From IMG/VR virus record IMGVR_UViG_3300046710_000123, positions 1-33,617 of that record: 33,617 bases of DNA; one strand, written 5' to 3'. How positions within the stretch are numbered: the first letter of the stretch is position 1; every line of letters starts with the position of its first letter. Shown one piece after another: positions 24,814 through 31,154 of the stretch. The notes below the pieces were generated by a model. That model made no database searches and was not told the origin of the DNA. It saw nothing but the letters and a program-made list of their open reading frames with translations. The stretch is from a virus. Its lineage: Duplodnaviria > Caudoviricetes. Made by a program: the position numbers and the translations under genes.

Positions 24814-26032
24814 AAATAAAGAAGAAGATACTTTTGATCCAAAACAGATTAAATTTGGATATAAACGTGGACTACCAGACCCACGTGACTACCGATATGA
24901 AAAGGCAGTTAAGATCGTAAAGCTTCCGGCGAGTGCTGATTTGCGCCCTTTGATAAAGCGCGTCAAGAATCAAGGTGGATTAGGTTCTTGCGTCGCACAC
25001 GGAACCACTTCATGCTTTGAAGCAACCCAAATAAAATTATCGGGCGCGGATTTTCCTGGGTCTAGGCTTGAGGTTTATGAGAATGGAAGGATTCTTGGAG
25101 GTTATTATCCAGGAGATAACGGGTGTGAGGTAAAAAATGGTGTGCAAGCAACATTTAAGTATGGTGTAGCACACGAAAATTTGTGGCCGTATATAGAAAG
25201 CAAATTTGATGATCCGATACCAGAAAACGTAGCCGCAGATGCAGTAAAAGCAAAAAGTTTGAATTATTATTTAGTTGACTCTGCAAGTGGGTATGCTGCA
25301 ACGCTTACTAACATTAAGAACGCACTTGGAGTCACCGGACTTCCAGTTGTATTCGGTACCCCCGTTTACAACAGCATATTTAATGTTGGTTCCGATGGTA
25401 TGATCCCAATGCCTAGCGGTGCGAGTGTTGGTGGACACTGTATGCTATTTGTTGGTTATGATGATTCCAAATCTGCCATCCTGACACTTAACAGTTGGGG
25501 GACTGGATGGGGAATGAGTGGCTACGGCTGGCTACCGTACGGGTATGTCACACAAGGGTTAGTCAGGGACAATTGGGTAATCGCCACAGAAAGTCAACTT
25601 GGTCCTACACCCCCAACTCCAACCCCACCAGTTGCAGCAGATGGAACCAGCCCTGCCGCAACGGTGCTCGGTACAGACACCTATATGTTTGTTCAAGGAA
25701 CGGACAAGGCACTGTATTACAGGACAGCAGCAAGTGACGCGTGGAAAGCACTTGGAGGCATCTTAACCAGCGGACCCGCAGCAGTAACACTTGGCAACGA
25801 TATATACATGTTTGTTAGAGGAACAGACAATGCACTGTGGTACCGAACTATGGCAAATGGCACGTGGCACTCTCTATCGGGTATATTAAGTAGTGCGCCA
25901 GCAGCCGCAATTTCTGATGGGAACATTATGGTGTTTGTACGTGGTTCAGACAAAAAACTATACGCAAAGACCCGGAAAACATCTAGTGGAACGTGGGGAG
26001 ATTGGACTTCATACGGCGGAATAATCAACTGA
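24803..26032 (+). CDS. Papain-family (C1A) cysteine peptidase with C-terminal lectin-like propeller repeats; candidate lysin
   Basis: Gln57/Cys63 (NQGGLGSCVAH), His212 (GGHCML), Asn230 (NSWG); PTPPTPTPP linker; three repeats PAA...MFVRGTDNALWYR...W..L.G. Confidence 0.88.
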   Translation: MTDENKEEDTFDPKQIKFGYKRGLPDPRDYRYEKAVKIVKLPASADLRPLIKRVKNQGGLGSCVAHGTTSCFEATQIKLSGADFPGSRLEVYENGRILGGYYPGDNGCEVKNGVQATFKYGVAHENLWPYIESKFDDPIPENVAADAVKAKSLNYYLVDSASGYAATLTNIKNALGVTGLPVVFGTPVYNSIFNVGSDGMIPMPSGASVGGHCMLFVGYDDSKSAILTLNSWGTGWGMSGYGWLPYGYVTQGLVRDNWVIATESQLGPTPPTPTPPVAADGTSPAATVLGTDTYMFVQGTDKALYYRTAASDAWKALGGILTSGPAAVTLGNDIYMFVRGTDNALWYRTMANGTWHSLSGILSSAPAAAISDGNIMVFVRGSDKKLYAKTRKTSSGTWGDWTSYGGIIN

Positions 26033-26033
26033 T

Positions 26034-26240
26034 ATGGATAAAGTATTCGACCTCAAAGATGTAGAAGACCCCTTGGAAGCCATCGAATGGGCTGCTTGGC
26101 AAGTCATCAGTAAATTTTCGACTGATAACGAATTATCAACTGCTGACTTCAGTAACACCGCTATGTTGTGGTGTTACCACTCGTTTGCCAACATCTATCA
26201 ATCATATGTAGAGGGCGCAATGGGACAACTCCTCCTTTAA
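26034..26240 (+). CDS. Hypothetical protein
   Basis: Starts 1 nt after the peptidase stop codon; last gene before the T-tract. Confidence 0.6.
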   Translation: MDKVFDLKDVEDPLEAIEWAAWQVISKFSTDNELSTADFSNTAMLWCYHSFANIYQSYVEGAMGQLLL

Positions 26241-26248
26241 TCACCTCC

Positions 26249-26262
26249 TTTTTTCTTTTTTT
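26249..26262 (+). terminator. Oligo-T terminator (archaeal type, no hairpin)
   Basis: TTTTTTCTTTTTTT right after the late/lysis operon. Confidence 0.55.
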
Positions 26263-26265
26263 CCC

Positions 26266-26329
26266 GATGACGTTAAAATGGTTTTGAATAGCTTAACGCA
26301 GTCACCCATAAATAGGTAGATGACGTTAA
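26266..26329. repeat. 11-bp direct repeat GATGACGTTAA x2 with a partial inverted copy between
   Basis: Copies at 26266-26276 and 26319-26329; CTTAACG at 26292-26298. Confidence 0.7.
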
Positions 26330-26335
26330 GACATA

Positions 26336-26410
26336 TTTATATAGTTACACCGCCATACATAATAGCATCTAAATGGGGGGTAAATACTATAGTATAGACA
26401 GTTTTATATA
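26336..26410 (+). promoter_or_regulatory. Two TTTATATA boxes upstream of the early module
   Basis: 26336-26343 and 26403-26410; the second is about 42 nt before ATG 26452. Confidence 0.5.
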
Positions 26411-26451
26411 GAGACAAGACAAAGGAATAAGTAGGAATCTTATGGACGAGA

Positions 26452-26643
26452 ATGTACCTGAATCCAAAGGACGGAGCGGTCCAAATTGTTTGTGACGGAT
26501 GCAACAAACCGCTTATGGAAGTTGCTCAAGACTATGTCATAGTCGAAGGCACAGAACATTACTGTCCAACTTGTTTTGAAAAGAAAGTAAGAATTGACCA
26601 TTATCGAGAGCGTTTAAAAAGAATGCGGGAGATCAAGAAATAG
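26452..26643 (+). CDS. Small Zn-finger protein
   Basis: CDGC...HYCPTC. Confidence 0.7.
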   Translation: MYLNPKDGAVQIVCDGCNKPLMEVAQDYVIVEGTEHYCPTCFEKKVRIDHYRERLKRMREIKK

Positions 26644-27426
26644 ATGGCGATTAAAGTTTATAATGTTAAAAATGGGGGAAGAGTTTACGAATTCGAAGAC
26701 GGAGCAATCTGCCCGTCTGTTACAAGCGTTATTAACATATTGGGTGGTAAGAACTTAATTGGCTGGGCAGTAAATGAGTGTGTGTCTTTCCTTGAAGCCG
26801 AACTCAAATCTGCCAAACCTTACGAGATCCCACATTTACTCGATGATCTTATTATAATGGCTCGAAAGAGGCATAATGTCGTGCGAGACACCGCTGGAAG
26901 CCGAGGAACTGATATACACAAGGCTGTAGAAGGTAGACTGCGTGGGCACGATATTCCTGAATATCAACTAATAGATACCGATGGGAATCCCACACTCACA
27001 GCAAAAGTATTAGATAATTTTGATACCTGGCGGGAAGGATGTAATTTTGTACCACTAACAATTGCAAATGACTTGGGCGTAGGAAAAGAGACTATAGAAG
27101 TAAAAGTGCGGTCTAAAAAGCATAATTATGCAGGAACTGCAGATTTAATGGGACAAACAGATCATCTAGGTGTTGTGCTTGCAGATCTAAAAACAGGAAA
27201 ATCAGTACACAAATCAATGAAATTACAGTTAGCCGCGTATGCTCACGCAATTGGGGAAGCGCACGGAATCTATCCTGATAACTGTTTTGTACTCCATGTA
27301 TTGCCATCCGGACACATTAAAGAGAAACTTAAGATGGATCGGGATGAATACGATAAACAATTTGAAATCTTCTTAGACTTATTAAACGTCTATCGCTGGT
27401 ATACTGATACAGAGAGGGAACCGTGA
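26644..27426 (+). CDS. PD-(D/E)XK (RecB/Cas4-like fold) exonuclease
   Basis: PSVTSVI...RGTDIH...E...YAGTADL...ADLKTG...QLAAY; no Cas4 C-terminal Cys cluster. Confidence 0.85.
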   Translation: MAIKVYNVKNGGRVYEFEDGAICPSVTSVINILGGKNLIGWAVNECVSFLEAELKSAKPYEIPHLLDDLIIMARKRHNVVRDTAGSRGTDIHKAVEGRLRGHDIPEYQLIDTDGNPTLTAKVLDNFDTWREGCNFVPLTIANDLGVGKETIEVKVRSKKHNYAGTADLMGQTDHLGVVLADLKTGKSVHKSMKLQLAAYAHAIGEAHGIYPDNCFVLHVLPSGHIKEKLKMDRDEYDKQFEIFLDLLNVYRWYTDTEREP

Positions 27427-27626
27427 CAGAAGAAGACTCACCAATCACAGAATCCGAGCGAAAGGCAATCGGAGCAGCGTTAAAAGTTCTAGCTGGTCGC
27501 ATAACAGAAGTAGAAGTTATAATGGAAGAGTTATCTGAAATGGTTCTTATGGGAAGTCAGATCGAGATGGAATTGGCTAAACGACTCTTAAAACTTGAAG
27601 GAGAAGAAGGAGCTTTATTGACATGA
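27423..27626 (+). CDS. Hypothetical coiled-coil protein
   Basis: GTGA overlap; helical acidic sequence. Confidence 0.6.
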   Translation: MTEEDSPITESERKAIGAALKVLAGRITEVEVIMEELSEMVLMGSQIEMELAKRLLKLEGEEGALLT

Positions 27627-27964
27627 ATGCACAAATGATGGAAACTAGTATAATTGAAGGGGAAAAGCACATCCCCATCGCAAGATTTGGAAGTGATGAA
27701 CTTTACCGACTAGTATATAACCGTGAGGACCAATATAGTTCTACACCTAATTGGGAAGAATTAGATATAAAATACGCTGGTCGAATCGGTTATATTTTAA
27801 GATTACCTATTATAGTTCCAGTTCAGCCATATAACTCTTTGATGTACACTATTGAAGAAGTCGTCGAAAAAATTTATGTTATGAAAATGGATGATCCTCG
27901 TTTGCCAGATGGGACAGATCCATCGCTAGTAACTTATAACGAAACACCTTGTGAATGTGAATAG
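27623..27964 (+). CDS. Hypothetical protein
   Basis: ATGA overlap; RBS AAGGAG. Confidence 0.6.
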   Translation: MNAQMMETSIIEGEKHIPIARFGSDELYRLVYNREDQYSSTPNWEELDIKYAGRIGYILRLPIIVPVQPYNSLMYTIEEVVEKIYVMKMDDPRLPDGTDPSLVTYNETPCECE

Positions 27965-27972
27965 GAGGTATA

Positions 27973-28101
27973 ATGAACAAAGAATATAATGATTCAGCTT
28001 TTAAATTTCGGAATACAAAAAGAGATTATACTGCAACTATTGTTATGTGTGTTGTCTGGATCTTAGCTGTTGCATTATTACTGATTACACCAACCATCTA
28101 A
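27973..28101 (+). CDS. 42-aa single-TM protein (not in ORF track)
   Basis: RBS AGGAGGT; MNKEYNDSAFKFRNTKRDYTATIVMCVVWILAVALLLITPTI. Confidence 0.6.
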   Translation: MNKEYNDSAFKFRNTKRDYTATIVMCVVWILAVALLLITPTI

Positions 28102-28125
28102 ACTATTCATAAAAGAGGGCAAACA

Positions 28126-28320
28126 TTGAGCGATGATGAACTTCCGGGGTATCTTGACACATGGGAAATGGGAAAGTATAAAGATGACCATGGGGATAGA
28201 ATAGCATGTAACAACTGTGGAAAAGTGATGCTTGTTGATAAACTAAAAAGAGTGGATCCACACGGAGGTTTATATGTTCTCTGTCCATTCTGTATTACTA
28301 AAAAGCATCTTCATTTTTAG
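28126..28320 (+). CDS. Small Zn-finger protein
   Basis: CNNC...CPFC; TTG start after GAGGG. Confidence 0.6.
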   Translation: MSDDELPGYLDTWEMGKYKDDHGDRIACNNCGKVMLVDKLKRVDPHGGLYVLCPFCITKKHLHF

Positions 28321-28434
28321 GACGGTGATTAGAAATTGTTTGTGCAGAAACAGAAAACTTTTTCGCTTAACTTGTAACTCATTATGGGATTATATAAACG
28401 AAACATATTTAAACTAGTTTAACGTAATAATATT

Positions 28435-29043
28435 ATGAAAAACTGTTTGAACTGCAATAAGGAACTTAATATCACGCAGAAAAGAAATAAAAAGTTTTGT
28501 TCCAGTAAATGTTCAGCAACGTACCAATGGAAAATAAACCCCCCGCGGCGAGACTCATCGGGACTTTCTTCTACAGAACTGCATGCACGATGGAGAAAAA
28601 ATAACCTAGAGAGATACCGCAAAACACACAGAGATTGGTATACTAAAAACAAAGAAAAAATGAAGGCAAGACAACGTGAACGTTATGCCACCGAACCTAA
28701 ATTCAGAAAAAAAATGTTAGATTATGCAAGTAGAGACCAAAAAAGTAGGAATAAAAAGAATCGGCTTATTGTTTTAACACATTATTCTGACAAAGATTTT
28801 CCACGATGTGCATGTTGTGGAGAATCGAATGTTGGATTTTTGACACTACATCATATCAATGGCGGTGGAAAGAAACACCGGGAAGCAACAAATAATTCGT
28901 TGGCTACTTGGATAGTTAGACATAATGAATACCCACCAGATCTTCAGGTATTGTGTTATAATTGTAATTTGGGAATGGATAAAAATGGCGGTGTATGCCC
29001 GCATAAAACAACAAAGTTAAATACGACAGATTCTAATGTATAA
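28435..29043 (+). CDS. HNH-like endonuclease (possible homing endonuclease)
   Basis: N-terminal CLNC...FCSSKC; C-terminal CACCGE...LTLHHING...LQVLCYNCN...CPH; AT-rich upstream region with TATTTAAA about 25 nt before the ATG. Confidence 0.75.
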   Translation: MKNCLNCNKELNITQKRNKKFCSSKCSATYQWKINPPRRDSSGLSSTELHARWRKNNLERYRKTHRDWYTKNKEKMKARQRERYATEPKFRKKMLDYASRDQKSRNKKNRLIVLTHYSDKDFPRCACCGESNVGFLTLHHINGGGKKHREATNNSLATWIVRHNEYPPDLQVLCYNCNLGMDKNGGVCPHKTTKLNTTDSNV

Positions 29044-29048
29044 TTATA

Positions 29049-29399
29049 ATGGATGTTCCGACGATCTATGTTATCTCATCCCATGACGAACTACTTCGCT
29101 CTAGGATTTCAAAGAAAACTGAACAGTTAGCGAAGGCTCTTTACCGCACGCTTGAGGGGATAAATGTTCACATTAAGCCGGAGCACAGAAAAGGGTTATC
29201 GATGAGACCAGATCAAACAACTTACCATTACGAACCACGTACTACCGAATCAATACAGACCATCTGGCACTTGCTTGAAGATCTACATAAACTCTTTGCA
29301 ACCACATTTCACGTACACAATGCTGTTGTCAAAAAAGAGTTGCAGGACGATATCAACGACTTAAACGTGTGCGTACTCCGTTGTTTACACATGTCATAA
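29049..29399 (+). CDS. Hypothetical protein
   Basis: 116-aa ORF followed by a T-tract at 29403-29410. Confidence 0.55.
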   Translation: MDVPTIYVISSHDELLRSRISKKTEQLAKALYRTLEGINVHIKPEHRKGLSMRPDQTTYHYEPRTTESIQTIWHLLEDLHKLFATTFHVHNAVVKKELQDDINDLNVCVLRCLHMS

Positions 29400-29421
29400 T
29401 TATTTTTTTTCTACCAACGAC

Positions 29422-29455
29422 ACTTTTATATAACATGCAGCCCTATATATAAAGT
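29422..29455. promoter_or_regulatory. Inverted pair of TATA-like boxes upstream of 29500
   Basis: ACTTTTATATA (29422-29432) and TATATAAAGT (29446-29455). Confidence 0.5.
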
Positions 29456-29499
29456 ACAACAACGGCGGATACGAATGTGCCGTTGGAGGACAAAAGAAA

Positions 29500-29874
29500 A
29501 TGAGTAAGTTAGAAGTGACTAAAGATGGCGGGAAGTTGATCCTCACAAGGACCACCGTCGCAAAGACTAAGAAACAATACCTAGCAAGAGTCGAAGGAGC
29601 AGCGGAAGCAGGATCTAAATTCCCTCTTGACCTGCACTTTATGACCGATGCAGACTTAATGGAACCTGTAGAATTTGTGAAAGTAGATGGAGAAAATGCT
29701 GCTGTTGAAAAGTATGACGTAGCACCAGATACAATGTTCCAGACAGGAACTAAGGGAGACAGAGCATCATTTTTTACCGTAAATTCTAAGGGGCAAATCC
29801 TACAGATCGAGAGGCGCGACGTGCATGAGGGTGTTGGACTCGAATGGGAGACTAGGTCTAGTGGTGGATATTAA
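29500..29874 (+). CDS. Hypothetical protein
   Basis: Clear RBS GGGAG and its own promoter; KQYLARVEG...KFPLDLHF. Confidence 0.75.
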   Translation: MSKLEVTKDGGKLILTRTTVAKTKKQYLARVEGAAEAGSKFPLDLHFMTDADLMEPVEFVKVDGENAAVEKYDVAPDTMFQTGTKGDRASFFTVNSKGQILQIERRDVHEGVGLEWETRSSGGY

Positions 29875-30099
29875 ATGAGTCTAAAACTAGCGATCTTACC
29901 AGCAATAGGAACATTTTTACTTGCATTGGCAACGTATGGAATAGCATGGGTAGCTTTTTATGCATATAACGCCGCACCCATAGCCGGTTCTATGGTAATA
30001 AATTATGTTGCCATAATAATGTTGGCGATGTGGGCAGCCACTATGGCAATATACACCATTACTGTTGGGATGGTTACCATCGCAGCCGCAGCACAATAA
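29875..30099 (+). CDS. Two-TM membrane protein
   Basis: Almost entirely hydrophobic 74 aa. Confidence 0.65.
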   Translation: MSLKLAILPAIGTFLLALATYGIAWVAFYAYNAAPIAGSMVINYVAIIMLAMWAATMAIYTITVGMVTIAAAAQ

Positions 30100-30329
30100 T
30101 GGATATATTTAAACGATTTAGGAAACAAGTGATCAAGGGGGGGAAATGCCCCTCTGATCTTTTTCGTGATGACCTCCAGAAATGTGAGGTTACTGACAGC
30201 GTATGCGCTTTTCATGATACTGGGGTAATTTTGCCTAACTATAAATACTCCGATAAAGCAATATGTCACGCGTGTGTATTTAGTCATCTGTCAGAAGAAA
30301 TTAATATATTATTAAAAGATAGGAGGTGA
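30099..30329 (+). CDS. Cys-rich hypothetical protein
   Basis: TAATG overlap gives start 30099 (MDIFKRFRK...CPS...C...C...CHAC). Confidence 0.6.
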   Translation: MDIFKRFRKQVIKGGKCPSDLFRDDLQKCEVTDSVCAFHDTGVILPNYKYSDKAICHACVFSHLSEEINILLKDRR

Positions 30330-30565
30330 AAACAGTGCTTTGTGAAACATGTAAAATGCAAGAAGGATTGACTGTCGTTGATAAGGATCGGAAGTGGATG
30401 TGTCATGCAGATCCGCAAGGAGCATTCAACGGAGTTAAGATGTTGAACGTACCGGATTTTGTAGATATCAAATGTGATAAGTTTATTTCTACAGAACCTA
30501 AGAAACCTGAACCGAAAAGACCAGAACCAGTAATTGTAGAAAAAGAGGAAGAAGCTCCGTTATGA
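30326..30565 (+). CDS. Small Cys-containing protein
   Basis: GTGA overlap; CETC...C...C. Confidence 0.6.
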   Translation: MKTVLCETCKMQEGLTVVDKDRKWMCHADPQGAFNGVKMLNVPDFVDIKCDKFISTEPKKPEPKRPEPVIVEKEEEAPL

Positions 30566-30708
30566 GGATTTTGGTGACTTGCCCATATTGCTACACTTCT
30601 GTCTCTACGAATTCCAACAATGAGATCGGTGAGTGTAGTATATGTGGCAACCAATATAGATTGTATGGTAACCCAGATCCATGTATGCCAAGAGTGGTTA
30701 ACAAATGA
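30562..30708 (+). CDS. 48-aa Zn-ribbon protein (not in ORF track)
   Basis: MRILVTCPYC...GECSICG; ATGA overlaps on both sides. Confidence 0.65.
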   Translation: MRILVTCPYCYTSVSTNSNNEIGECSICGNQYRLYGNPDPCMPRVVNK

Positions 30709-31154
30709 CCCTCTTAAAACACGGAACGTTTGCAAATAATAAGACTGCCGGTGGTGTTGGACACCTACTTTGGTATTATAATAAATATGATACTAATTTT
30801 GGGTTCAAAATTAACGGTGAAGAATACGACTCGGTGACTAATACGTGCAAACATTGTGGTAAGAGCTTCCCCGTGTATAAATATGGAGGATGTCGTTGGA
30901 CAAAGATCAAATTCTGTTCTAGAGATTGCTGTTGGCTTCACCATTATGGACGACCTTTCTTAGAAGGGGAAGAAAATAAAAAGAAGATTAGAAAAGAAGC
31001 TTATGAAAAACACTACTGGAAAAGTAAGAAGAAGAGTGTGAAACGCAGTCCAGAAGAACTTAGAGTATACCATAACGAACAATCTAAGAAATATTATCAA
31101 AATCATAAGGAAGAAATAAAAGAGCGGAAAAAATTAAAAACAGAGGGTGGTTAG
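30705..31154 (+). CDS. Zn-finger/basic protein resembling the N-part of HNH-associated proteins
   Basis: CKHCGKSF...KFCSRDC then a Lys-rich tail; no HNH motif. Confidence 0.55.
   Translation: MTLLKHGTFANNKTAGGVGHLLWYYNKYDTNFGFKINGEEYDSVTNTCKHCGKSFPVYKYGGCRWTKIKFCSRDCCWLHHYGRPFLEGEENKKKIRKEAYEKHYWKSKKKSVKRSPEELRVYHNEQSKKYYQNHKEEIKERKKLKTEGG

Noticed and set aside
26644-27426. Cas4 / CRISPR-associated call
   Set aside because: Lacks the C-terminal three-Cys Fe-S motif, and there are no cas genes or array nearby.
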